A DNA stretch of 64,000 bases, taken from a virus. Lineage: Duplodnaviria; Caudoviricetes. The stretch spans positions 1 through 64,000 of IMG/VR virus record IMGVR_UViG_2895548450_000001; one strand, written 5' to 3'. A program made the translations under genes and the position numbers. Positions 48,684-57,779 of the stretch are shown here, one piece after another. Position 1 is the first letter of the stretch, and every line of letters starts with the position of its first letter. The notes below the pieces were generated by a model, which was not told where the DNA came from, ran no database searches, and was given only the letters and a program-made list of their open reading frames with translations.

Positions 48684-49835
48684 ATGATGGATAAAATTGA
48701 ATACAAACTCCTGGCCTCTCGAGGCGTGCAAGGTTCAAGACCTTTTTACCAAGTGCTTATCCCTTTGCGCCAGTTGAGTTCGCTTTTGAAACTAGATGAT
48801 CATTGGGATATCACTAAACGTAGCCAACGATTAGTAAATGTCCCGCGTGCTAAGAAGTTCGCAAAGTATCTAATTGAGAATCACAAAAACGATACGATGT
48901 TTGTCGTTCCCCCTCTAGTGGGCTCGTTGGAAGGAGACTTTGACTTCGTTGAAGTGCAAATGGACCAGTATCGAAACATAGGCCATCTGCGTGTGGACCT
49001 CGATGCTCAAATGCTTTTGTTTGATGGCCAGCACCGAGCAAAAGGGGTTCAACTGGCTTTGCAAGAATATCCGATGCTTCAAAACAGCCAAGTATCGATT
49101 ATGCTTTTCCCGATGCTGGATTTATCTGAAAGACAACAAGCATTCCACGATATTAATTCGATGCAAAAGGTACCGGTTGACTCTATCCGCATTGCATACA
49201 ACAACGCGGACCCGATAGCGTCGACATTGATGGATACGGTACAAGCTTCAGATATTCGTGCTGTGGTTGAGTATGAGAAGAACAGTTGTACGGGGGACTC
49301 AGATAAATTCTGGGCACTAAAACAGCTCAATGAGTTTGCCAAGCTATTTTGTGGTAAAGACAACTCACCGGAGCGCATGGCGGAATATTTAAAAGTCTTC
49401 TTAGACAAAATGTTTATCAGCCAAAAACTACGGCAGTTATATACGTCACACCCACATGCTTGTAAGGAATATATACACCCGTCGGCCCAGTTCACGAGAC
49501 AACTCTATATTCTTCCTTTCACCGTGACACTGAAGGCGTTAGCCCTGCTTTTTCGAAAAGCGGAGGAACTTGAAATTGGCCCTGAAGTGCTAAGTAACTT
49601 CTTAGAAGAAAGTAGCCCCAGTAATCATAAAAACTGGCACTACTTCGACAAAGACAACGGCAAGTGGGAACATCGTTGTGTATCTCATGACTACAAAATG
49701 AAGAGTAATGCGGTTGCGGTGCGAATGACGTACTATCAACTGGCTAAAGACGCGGGGATTGAGTTGTCTGAAGAAGAACTCGCGGAAGAAGAAAAGGTCC
49801 TGGCTGAAGCAAAAGCGATTGCTGCAGCCGTTTAA
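48684..49835 (+). CDS. DGQHR-domain (DndB-like) protein
   Basis: RGVQGSRPFY, RSQRLVNVPRA, LFDGQHR and QQAFHDIN match DndB-family motifs. Confidence 0.88.
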   Translation: MMDKIEYKLLASRGVQGSRPFYQVLIPLRQLSSLLKLDDHWDITKRSQRLVNVPRAKKFAKYLIENHKNDTMFVVPPLVGSLEGDFDFVEVQMDQYRNIGHLRVDLDAQMLLFDGQHRAKGVQLALQEYPMLQNSQVSIMLFPMLDLSERQQAFHDINSMQKVPVDSIRIAYNNADPIASTLMDTVQASDIRAVVEYEKNSCTGDSDKFWALKQLNEFAKLFCGKDNSPERMAEYLKVFLDKMFISQKLRQLYTSHPHACKEYIHPSAQFTRQLYILPFTVTLKALALLFRKAEELEIGPEVLSNFLEESSPSNHKNWHYFDKDNGKWEHRCVSHDYKMKSNAVAVRMTYYQLAKDAGIELSEEELAEEEKVLAEAKAIAAAV

Positions 49836-49894
49836 CTTAGGGGGGAATGTTCTCCCCCTTCAATTAACTTTTAACAATTTGGAAATTGACGATT

Positions 49895-51280
49895 ATGACT
49901 AATCAAACTATTGCTACAAAACACGAAGATATCGAACGCGCCACTTACTCACCAGAAGATAACAAGCTTCGTATTTATCCGCTCTGCCGCTTAGACACCG
50001 ACCTTTATAACGAGCTTAAGGAACTGGGCTTTGGTTGGGCGCCAAAACAAGAACTCTTCGTTAAACCCTCTTGGTCCCCTGAAGCGGAAGATTTATGTAT
50101 TCGCTTGGCCGGCACGATTGAACCTGAAGACACGACGATGGCCGAACGTGCAGAAGTGAAGGCTGAGCGTCTAAGAGCCCTTGCTGAAAAGCGTGCTGAC
50201 CAAGCACGAGGTTTTAGTGCCGCTGCGAACAGTATGGAGTTTGGTGATCAACCTATTCTCATGGGCCATCACAGCCAGCGTAAAATGCAGAAAGCGCAAG
50301 AAGCCCAAGAGCGTAACGAAGAACGCGCCAAGGAAGCCAGCTCAGCGGTTCGCTATTGGAACTGGCGCATGATGGGTACCATTGCTCATGCTAACCACAA
50401 AAATCGCCCTGACGTTATCTACCGTCGCATTAAAACTCTACTTACTGATTTGCGTAAGCAACAGCGTTATTTGCACGCTGCTGGCGATTGTCTATCTCTT
50501 TGGGAACGCTGCAAAGGTATGGAGGATGCCGAGAAGCAAAAAGGTTTTGCGTTAATGATTGCCAATTACCGTTGGGATATCTGTGTTTCAGACAGTCACC
50601 GCGACATTAAGGAAGATAGAAAGCCTTTAAACGAAATCATCGACGCCAATATTGAGTTAGGTACCAAGCGTAAGAACGACCAGAACCTACACCGCAAGAT
50701 AAACCATATCTTGAACCGTCTTACTTACGAACGGGCTCAACTGGGCGAAGTCGAATACTACACAGGGAAAATTACCGGCCCCGTATTACAAACGTTTCTT
50801 AGAACGCACGGTGCAGATAAACCGAAGGCTACCAAGTCGGACTTTGGCTGGATTGTGGAGTGTGACAACGACCTACCTATCCATATTGGGTCGGGTTCTA
50901 CCTTAGAGCTTGAAGAAATTGAATGGCGAGACTTGATGATGGATGTTGGTTATGAAGTACCGGTCTCTAAACCTAAGGCTCCACCAATTCTTAACCTGTC
51001 ACCGGAAGAAGTAAAAAGCGTGACGGTGAAAATGTGGGGCAACGTGAACAAGTATTCTATCGTCTCAATGACGAAAGCAGAGTATTCGGCTACGCATAGT
51101 GAACAGCGAGGCGTGAAGCCGAGCATCTGTGGCCAGTTCCGAGTAAAAGTTTGTCGAATTGTCCCCAAAGGCCAGGATTATTGGAAAGGCGAATGGTCGG
51201 CAGTTTACCTAACTGACTCGAAGACGCACGCCGCGCCGAATTCAACCGCTCTTGAGTATGTGGAAGTGGAGACAGCCTAA
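49895..51280 (+). CDS. DUF3560-like protein
   Basis: ATYSPEDNKLRIY, ERAEVKAER, QPILMGHHSQR; followed by an MTase, as in mobile elements. Confidence 0.75.
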   Translation: MTNQTIATKHEDIERATYSPEDNKLRIYPLCRLDTDLYNELKELGFGWAPKQELFVKPSWSPEAEDLCIRLAGTIEPEDTTMAERAEVKAERLRALAEKRADQARGFSAAANSMEFGDQPILMGHHSQRKMQKAQEAQERNEERAKEASSAVRYWNWRMMGTIAHANHKNRPDVIYRRIKTLLTDLRKQQRYLHAAGDCLSLWERCKGMEDAEKQKGFALMIANYRWDICVSDSHRDIKEDRKPLNEIIDANIELGTKRKNDQNLHRKINHILNRLTYERAQLGEVEYYTGKITGPVLQTFLRTHGADKPKATKSDFGWIVECDNDLPIHIGSGSTLELEEIEWRDLMMDVGYEVPVSKPKAPPILNLSPEEVKSVTVKMWGNVNKYSIVSMTKAEYSATHSEQRGVKPSICGQFRVKVCRIVPKGQDYWKGEWSAVYLTDSKTHAAPNSTALEYVEVETA

Positions 51281-51897
51281 TGGACTCATCTGTTTATGTA
51301 AGACCGAACAAACCAAAGCATGTTACCGCGCCTGAAAAAGTAGAACTCGAGCCTATCGAGTTCTCCGAGGCCCCTAAACCTGTTGTGGTTCATGCCTCAA
51401 CGGAATGCCACGTTACGCCTCCGGCGGTAGCTGCGCGTATGGCCGAACTCTTAGAGCTGGAACCGGACGATAAGGTTCTCGAACCTTCAGGTGGTACCGG
51501 TAATTTGGTTCAGGCTGTTATAGCTAAGGGTCACGATGCGGACCGAATAAACGTTGTGGAGCGAGACTACTCCTTAATTCAAGCGTTGTTGTCTCGTTTT
51601 AGTATGGCGGATAGTGACGGGGTTACCCCTTTGATTTACCACGAAGACTTTCTTACCTGGGCAGAGGCCCGTTACAACGCAGGGTATCGTTATGAAAAGA
51701 TCATAATGAATCCACCATTCAAACAGGTAAAAGCGCACATGGAAGCCGCACGTAAGTTACTTCGCTTCACTGGGGTTCTTGTTGCAGTGGTACCCACGAC
51801 GTTCGACCACCCCAGTTATGAGGAAGTTGAGACGTTACCTAGTGACACGTTTAGCACCTGTAAGGTGTTTACTAAAATCGTGCGGTACGAGGCGTAA
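51280..51897 (+). CDS. Amino (N6-adenine-type) methyltransferase
   Basis: VLEPSGGTG SAM-binding and IIMNPPF catalytic motifs. Confidence 0.85.
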   Translation: MDSSVYVRPNKPKHVTAPEKVELEPIEFSEAPKPVVVHASTECHVTPPAVAARMAELLELEPDDKVLEPSGGTGNLVQAVIAKGHDADRINVVERDYSLIQALLSRFSMADSDGVTPLIYHEDFLTWAEARYNAGYRYEKIIMNPPFKQVKAHMEAARKLLRFTGVLVAVVPTTFDHPSYEEVETLPSDTFSTCKVFTKIVRYEA

Positions 51898-51899
51898 TC

Positions 51900-52091
51900 A
51901 TGGCAATACTTAAAGTTGAATGGGTGATAAAGAAGCACCCCAAACGAAAGGTATCCGCCGATGTTGACCGGCTACTAACATGCCGGTGTTTACCTGAAAT
52001 CACAAATTATATTTGTGAAGACCATATGGAGGGCCGAGTCGAAACCGAGTACGACGGTGAAGCCTATTATGGGGTTTGGATGTTGGTCTAA
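51900..52091 (+). CDS. Hypothetical protein
   Basis: GAGG RBS. Confidence 0.5.
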   Translation: MAILKVEWVIKKHPKRKVSADVDRLLTCRCLPEITNYICEDHMEGRVETEYDGEAYYGVWMLV

Positions 52092-52147
52092 ACCTTAACG
52101 GGGGGAATGTTCTCCCCCCCTTTTAATTAACTTGTTGGAAATTGACG

Positions 52148-52594
52148 ATGAAACGTATTAGTAATTTTGATTTTGAATTAAACCTATCCCATGCCGGAGA
52201 AGCTACCGACGACACGACTAAGATGAAGCGCGAGATTATTCGTGTTTTAAAAGCCACTATTGCAGAACTTGAGGGAGGTGTGGGCGATAGCGAGGAATTC
52301 TGGAAGAAGTCTTTCAACGATATTAACGGACGTCCCTTTGGTAATGCGTATCTTAATGTTGAAGAAATGGACTGGATTTCAGACTGGGACGAATGGATTG
52401 AACACTGCAAAGAATATATCAAAGAGCACGGCTTCTACCTAGAGCAGGAAAGCACCACTATCTATGAGTGGGACACGTTAGCAGAACTTGACGAAACGGC
52501 TTTAGCGGAGTGGTTCAGTAATTACACGGACAGTTCAGTAACAAGCGAGATAGTTTGCCCTGAAGCGCGTAACTGGGGATGGGATAGCGAATGA
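52148..52594 (+). CDS. Hypothetical acidic protein
   Basis: Motif-linked ATG. Confidence 0.7.
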   Translation: MKRISNFDFELNLSHAGEATDDTTKMKREIIRVLKATIAELEGGVGDSEEFWKKSFNDINGRPFGNAYLNVEEMDWISDWDEWIEHCKEYIKEHGFYLEQESTTIYEWDTLAELDETALAEWFSNYTDSSVTSEIVCPEARNWGWDSE

Positions 52595-52803
52595 GTGATA
52601 AAGACTTAGGCACCCTGCTTCGAGCTAAAGAGATTCTTAACGGTTACTTTCTCCCTCGACCTTTCGAGTCGGCGGAGAAAGCCTTGAACCGCGCTAAGAA
52701 TGAAGCTATTCAAAATCTACAAAAGCAAATTGTAGATATCCGTAATTTAACCAGTGAAGAGTTCTACACTTCTTCAGAGAAGGAAATTGACGATGCCTGT
52801 TAG
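52591..52803 (+). CDS. Hypothetical protein
   Basis: ATGA overlap. Confidence 0.6.
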   Translation: MSDKDLGTLLRAKEILNGYFLPRPFESAEKALNRAKNEAIQNLQKQIVDIRNLTSEEFYTSSEKEIDDAC

Positions 52804-53140
52804 TGAAAAAGACAAGCAAGCTATTCTTGAAGAAATAAACGCGGCATTCATAGGCCATTGCGTTAGAGCGTACATTAGTTTGCTAAACCCGAGCCTTAAA
52901 GCTTTTATAGAAGCGAACCTCGATGAGATAGACCCCCCGGTTGTGTTTATTGATAACGATATCGATATGGGGGCCGCGTCCCGAGCTAGAAACTCTTTGA
53001 AGCCTACCTTGTTCGTGTTTACCGAGAACATGAGAGCCGACTCATATATAACGAGTTGTGCAGACAAAGTAGAAATTCCTGAAGAGCTTCGATTGCGGGT
53101 TCTTGATGCGTGGTATGAAGCACAAAAAGCCACAGCGTAG
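52793..53140 (+). CDS. Hypothetical protein
   Basis: Motif-linked ATG. Confidence 0.65.
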   Translation: MPVSEKDKQAILEEINAAFIGHCVRAYISLLNPSLKAFIEANLDEIDPPVVFIDNDIDMGAASRARNSLKPTLFVFTENMRADSYITSCADKVEIPEELRLRVLDAWYEAQKATA

Positions 53141-53199
53141 TAACACATTCAAGGGGGGGAATGTTCTCCCCTTTTTAATTAACTTGTTGGAGATTGACG

Positions 53200-54039
53200 A
53201 TGCACCCTGAATTAACAAAACAACTGAAAGCAAACTGCCAAAAACTAGGTCTAGATTTCAACGCACTTGACTTGATTGGCGAATCTGAAACCCAGATTAG
53301 AGATATCACAATTAAGATTGAGCGTGATGAGGATGCGGAGAGCCCTCGAGAGTGGGACAACGTAGGAAAAATGGTGTGCTGGCACCGTAATTATAGATTA
53401 GGTGACGAACAGCCTTCAGGGAGCCACGAAGATTATCGTATTGGCATGGTAGAAGCGGTTGAGCCAGGGTTTGAAGATATGCTTCAACGTCTAGAGCATA
53501 ACTGGCCCTCAACAAACTGGGATGCCGCGGGGACTAAAGAGTATCAAGAGCTGGTTGAAGCGAAGATAGCGGCGAGACTTGAGAAATATTACTTTATGCT
53601 GCCGCTTTATCTATATGACCATTCAGGCATTACTATGAATACAAGTGGGTTCTCGTGCTCTTGGGACTCGGGCCAAGTAGGTTTCATCTATGTGTCGAAA
53701 GAAAGAGCCCGTGAACAGTATGGATTTAAGCGGTTAACTAAAGAGCGCGTCCAAAAGGTTTATGATTACTTAGACAGTGAAGTTAAGACCTATGCTTCTT
53801 ATCTTGAAGGTAATGTTTATGGCTACGTTATTGAAGGTGGTGATATCGATGATTCGTGCTGGGGATATGTCGGCCCAGATGGTGAAGGTTGGGCATTGTC
53901 CGAAGCCTTAGCTATTTTGGCCACCCACAAAAAACAGCGTGTGGAAAGCCGAGTTGACAAAATTAAGACTTGGATCAAAAACCAAGTACCCTTGCTAAAA
54001 CGTCGCGAACTGGCAACAGACCTACCAATATTGTTATAG
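53200..54039 (+). CDS. Conserved-looking phage hypothetical protein
   Basis: SPREWDN, LPLYLYDHSG, WDSGQVGFIY and DSCWGY motifs. Confidence 0.75.
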   Translation: MHPELTKQLKANCQKLGLDFNALDLIGESETQIRDITIKIERDEDAESPREWDNVGKMVCWHRNYRLGDEQPSGSHEDYRIGMVEAVEPGFEDMLQRLEHNWPSTNWDAAGTKEYQELVEAKIAARLEKYYFMLPLYLYDHSGITMNTSGFSCSWDSGQVGFIYVSKERAREQYGFKRLTKERVQKVYDYLDSEVKTYASYLEGNVYGYVIEGGDIDDSCWGYVGPDGEGWALSEALAILATHKKQRVESRVDKIKTWIKNQVPLLKRRELATDLPILL

Positions 54040-54045
54040 TGATCA

Positions 54046-54077
54046 CGAAATGTTGCCGTAGCTTAGGCAACATTTCG
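54046..54077 (+). terminator. Stem-loop ending the early region
   Basis: CGAAATGTTGCC-N8-GGCAACATTTCG, 12-bp stem, no clear U tail. Confidence 0.5.
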
Positions 54078-54192
54078 CCTCTTAGATCACTCTATTTCGC
54101 CTTAAACCGTCTAAAAACCTTAGACTTTAGTTTTAGGCATACGCTTTGCAATTGACTCCATATAAACAAAACAATCCAAATGGAGAAACACA

Positions 54193-54345
54193 ATGAAGAA
54201 GTTAGGATTTGCAATCGCGCTAGTATTAGGAATGGGTTCTACAATGGCTATGGCAGACGTTGAGAGCAACGTAGTGGTCCCTAAACCGTCGGATACACCA
54301 AAGACTAAATCGCTCAAGCCAAAGAAGCCTACCGTAGGTTTTTAA
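54193..54345 (+). CDS. 50-aa secreted peptide precursor, not in the ORF track
   Basis: GGAG RBS; MKKLGFAIALVLGMGSTMAMA|DVESNVVVPKPSDTPKTKSLKPKKPTVGF has a classic Sec signal with an A-M-A site. Confidence 0.8.
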   Translation: MKKLGFAIALVLGMGSTMAMADVESNVVVPKPSDTPKTKSLKPKKPTVGF

Positions 54346-54353
54346 AGCAGAAC

Positions 54354-54380
54354 AAAAAAGAGCGGCTAAGCCGCTCTTTT
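54354..54380. terminator. Bidirectional terminator
   Basis: AAAAAAGAGCGGC-TAA-GCCGCTCTTTT between convergent genes. Confidence 0.75.
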
Positions 54381-55124
54381 AAATAGAACCTCGAGTTTTC
54401 TTGGAATAGACCCCGCGAGGTCTTTAACGTAGCACTCTTGAATACTGGCATGAAACAATAAAGCTAAAAGCATAAGCGTTTGAGTTACAAAGACCACGTT
54501 AAACAAGAAATAGAAGCTCGGTAAATGCAACGCATACTCGATATCTACTAAACGGTAATCATAGAGCAAAGGCCCAGTCTCATGAATACCAAAATGTATC
54601 GTAAAGATATGATAGTAAGCCGCGACACAAAAACAAACGTACCACCCCGCTTTGTAAATAAGCGTTAAGGCTGTACCTAAATTGGTGTCCTCTGTCTTAT
54701 CTAGAAGATATAAACCCGCGCTACGAAATTTTTCTGTTTTAATTAATTGCTCCCCTAACCAGAACTGGAACTTAACTCGGTAAGAGTATATAAGCACCGT
54801 AATAATGCCTGGGGCGTAAGTCATAGCAATCGCCGTATGAAGCGTTGGCGAAAGCGAAAACATAAAACTGGAAATCACTTGCTCGAAAATCGAGGCCAGA
54901 ACAATTAACCCGAGTACGGCGCGATTATTAAAACCACGAATCATGATGCCAGCGAGTATCACACAAGTGAACATAACAGAGTAGTAGCTGACAAGATCAG
55001 AAATGGAGTTTAATGCCCACTGTCCGTTGTCTAGAAAATTATTGAGCACCGCTACAAATATGAGAAGTGATGATACAAAGAGTGAGAATCTTAACCCGTA
55101 GGTTTTGAAGAAATGTCGATACAT
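54366..55124 (-). CDS. Polytopic membrane protein (~6 TM)
   Basis: Multiple hydrophobic ~20-aa segments; GGAG RBS. Confidence 0.8.
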   Translation of the reverse strand: MYRHFFKTYGLRFSLFVSSLLIFVAVLNNFLDNGQWALNSISDLVSYYSVMFTCVILAGIMIRGFNNRAVLGLIVLASIFEQVISSFMFSLSPTLHTAIAMTYAPGIITVLIYSYRVKFQFWLGEQLIKTEKFRSAGLYLLDKTEDTNLGTALTLIYKAGWYVCFCVAAYYHIFTIHFGIHETGPLLYDYRLVDIEYALHLPSFYFLFNVVFVTQTLMLLALLFHASIQECYVKDLAGSIPRKLEVLFKRAA

Positions 55125-55128
55125 TGAC

Positions 55129-55497
55129 TTACTCCCAGAACGTTGTCAGAAAACGTCTAAAGTCCGAAAACGGGATATCAGATAACGTTATCTTACTAAC
55201 TACAGACCCTAAGCTCTTTTTCATGTGAGCACGCTTAGCGATTTGTTGGTACCAGTAAAATTCTTCGGTGGGGATTTTTCCGTATCGTTCAGCGTTAGAT
55301 ATCGTGTTCTTGTGTACGTCAGCAGCGATAGCTAACTCTTCTTGGGTTAACCGATAGTTCTGACGCATTTGCTTAAACTTTCGAGCCATAATGCGGCGTC
55401 TTTCGAGTTCCCAAGGGGGTTCTAAATTATCGTCAATTTTTCTAGACAAGGCGTGTACTCCATCAAGGCCATATTGTAAATCTTTTACTACAGACAA
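55129..55497 (-). CDS. XRE-family HTH regulator
   Basis: FKQMRQNYRLTQEELAIAADVHKNTISNAERYG; start may instead be ATG 55389. Confidence 0.85.
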   Translation of the reverse strand: MSVVKDLQYGLDGVHALSRKIDDNLEPPWELERRRIMARKFKQMRQNYRLTQEELAIAADVHKNTISNAERYGKIPTEEFYWYQQIAKRAHMKKSLGSVVSKITLSDIPFSDFRRFLTTFWE

Positions 55498-55557
55498 AAA
55501 CGGACAAATAATAACCTATTAAATTAATTAAATAAAGTTAATTTATTTAATATTTAT

Positions 55558-55633
55558 AAAAACACAAATTGATTGTGTTTTTACAAAATAACTGCGTTTC
55601 TGACTTGATATACGAAAGTTGAAAGCGTAGTTT
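55558..55633 (+). promoter_or_regulatory. Sigma70-like promoter with upstream AAAAACACA-N7-TGTGTTTTT site
   Basis: TTGATA-17-TAGTTT (55605-55633); palindrome 55558-55582. Confidence 0.55.
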
Positions 55634-55678
55634 TATCTCTGCCTACGGGCTTAACTTTAAAATTTGGAAATTGACGAT

Positions 55679-56854
55679 ATGAATATCCCCGCTAATACAG
55701 CAAACACTACCTCTTTAGATACCGACGTTCGCTTCGAACAAACCCTTTTCAAGGTTCACTCTGGTGGTAAAGTCGGCTCATGGCATATCAAGGTTACGCT
55801 TAACCCAGATGATACCGCCAGTACACTTGTTACGTCTCGAAAGGTCTTAGGTGGTAAGGGTGTTGAAACCCCCACGGATTACACGGAAGGCAAGAATATC
55901 GGCCGCAGCAACGAAACCACCCCAATTATGCAAGCGGTGTTCGAAGCCCAAAGCAAAGTCAAAAAGCAGCTAGATAAAGGCTATGTTGAAGAACAGCCGG
56001 AAGAAGGTGCAGCGGTAACGAACTCCCTCGGACTAGTTAAACCTATGCTGGCCCAACCTATCGAGAAAGTAAAAAGCTGGGAATTCCCAGTCTTTGTGCA
56101 GCCTAAGATGGATGGGCACCGATGCTTAGCCACTATCAAAGACGGTAAAGTATTCCTTTACTCTCGAGGCGGCAAACCTATTACTGTGGTCCATATCATG
56201 GAACGTTTACAGGCTCTCTACGATAAAGGTATTTGGGATGGTACGACGTTGGATGGTGAGCTTTACTGTCATGGTAAAGCCTTTGAAAATATTTCTAGCC
56301 TCATCAAGAAGCCCCAAGAAGACAGTAAACACCTGTCGTACAATATCTATGATGTTGTTATGGATGCTCCTTACGTGGATCGATTTGATTACTTGGACGC
56401 TCGTATAACTGAAAGCTCTTACCCTACCCTCTGTCTAACGGCCTGTTACAAAGTTTCAGACCAAGCGAGTATTGACCACTATCATGCTTCTTGGACCTCT
56501 AACGGCTATGAAGGCACGATGATTCGCCAAGGGGATGCCCCCTATGAAACGGACAAGCGCAGCGCTTCTTTGATGAAGAGAAAGGACGAAGAAGACGCGG
56601 AGTTTGAGATTATCGGTATTCGCAAAGGTAAGCCTAATAAGCGTCTAGGTACCGAAGTCGGTATTTATGTTTGTCAAACCGCGGATGGTAAAACGTTTGA
56701 TGTTACGGCGCCTGGGGATGCGAACGAGAAACACGACCATGCTATGAATGGTCATAAGAATATCGGTAAAAAGCTCACCGTGTTCTCATATGGCTACACC
56801 CAAGAAGGTAAGCCATGCCATATCACAAATTCTCGTATTCGTGAGGACCTGTAA
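55679..56854 (+). CDS. ATP-dependent DNA ligase
   Basis: KPMLA, QPKMDGHR motif I, LDGELY, YEGTMIR, LMKRK; OB-fold C-terminus. Confidence 0.95.
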   Translation: MNIPANTANTTSLDTDVRFEQTLFKVHSGGKVGSWHIKVTLNPDDTASTLVTSRKVLGGKGVETPTDYTEGKNIGRSNETTPIMQAVFEAQSKVKKQLDKGYVEEQPEEGAAVTNSLGLVKPMLAQPIEKVKSWEFPVFVQPKMDGHRCLATIKDGKVFLYSRGGKPITVVHIMERLQALYDKGIWDGTTLDGELYCHGKAFENISSLIKKPQEDSKHLSYNIYDVVMDAPYVDRFDYLDARITESSYPTLCLTACYKVSDQASIDHYHASWTSNGYEGTMIRQGDAPYETDKRSASLMKRKDEEDAEFEIIGIRKGKPNKRLGTEVGIYVCQTADGKTFDVTAPGDANEKHDHAMNGHKNIGKKLTVFSYGYTQEGKPCHITNSRIREDL

Positions 56855-57489
56855 TGGCCCAGCTACGTCGTGATAATGTATTTCGATTACAACGTAGCTT
56901 GTTCTACTGGGATAAGTCTTTTGACGCACCATTCGTGCATCTTATCTACAAAAAGCTTCGAGCTTACATTGACGATAAGTTCCCTGATTTTGACTGGGAT
57001 AGCGAATTAAAGTTAGCGAGGGAAGACTTTTCCCATGTTAAGACTTGGGGGGACTTAGATACAGGTCTTGAAAAAGACCGCGTAGTCATTCGGTTCAAAG
57101 GCCAGAGTATAGATATCACACTCACTAAAATGATGTGGTGTTTACTTTACCCTGATTACTTACTGATAACCTACCCTATCTGGCCCCCAGGAAAAGTAAA
57201 GACGATGGACCCAGTGACACGACGTTGGGCTAACCCTATGTATCACTATCCGTCTCGTTACTGGCACCTACCGGATCACGTTTACACCTATTTCGAGAGT
57301 GTTTATGGTGAACGTAGGTTGGAGGATATTAAAAGTAACAATTATCACAGGTACCTAGAAAAGCGTGATGAGTATTGCCGATACTTTGCTCGTAAGTATA
57401 AGTTACCCGAGTCACATTTTGCGGCGGTAACCGGTACTAAAGTACAGGCAAGAAAGTTAGATTTACAAAGTATCTTATCTGTTTATTGA
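56854..57489 (+). CDS. Hypothetical protein
   Basis: TAATG coupling with the ligase. Confidence 0.7.
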   Translation: MAQLRRDNVFRLQRSLFYWDKSFDAPFVHLIYKKLRAYIDDKFPDFDWDSELKLAREDFSHVKTWGDLDTGLEKDRVVIRFKGQSIDITLTKMMWCLLYPDYLLITYPIWPPGKVKTMDPVTRRWANPMYHYPSRYWHLPDHVYTYFESVYGERRLEDIKSNNYHRYLEKRDEYCRYFARKYKLPESHFAAVTGTKVQARKLDLQSILSVY

Positions 57490-57509
57490 CTTAGGAGGAC
57501 CTATATAGA

Positions 57510-57779
57510 ATGGCTCAAAATATGAGAGCGGATTACCTATTAAAGTTAAGAAGGGTGCAAGCCCAGCTTTCTAAAATTAGGGACTTAGGTTCGAGCGCGA
57601 ACTTTGAGACTTTACTTAAAGATATCGACGAAGCTAACACCATAGCGGGAGCTTTAGGGATTGAGGAACCTTACCCTGATAACCTAATAGGTGAAATTAA
57701 GGCCATGCAAGACCGTTTAACGCGTTATCAACAAACCGGCTTAGACGTCCCGAGTTTAGGTAATGTCGTCAAACACTAA
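57510..57779 (+). CDS. Hypothetical protein
   Basis: AGGAGG RBS. Confidence 0.65.
   Translation: MAQNMRADYLLKLRRVQAQLSKIRDLGSSANFETLLKDIDEANTIAGALGIEEPYPDNLIGEIKAMQDRLTRYQQTGLDVPSLGNVVKH

Larger units (their letters stand above)
37732..53171. repeat. Twelve dispersed palindromes G5-7(A)GAA(CA/TG/TA)TTC(T)C4-7
   Basis: Copies start near 37732, 38508, 38770, 39073, 39567, 41721, 43095, 45563, 47597, 49840, 52100 and 53153; all at gene boundaries. Confidence 0.92.

Noticed and set aside
37732-53171. Palindromes as a CRISPR array or integron attC sites
   Set aside because: Spacing is 0.3-2.5 kb with whole genes between; no cas or integrase seen; no GTTRRRY boxes.
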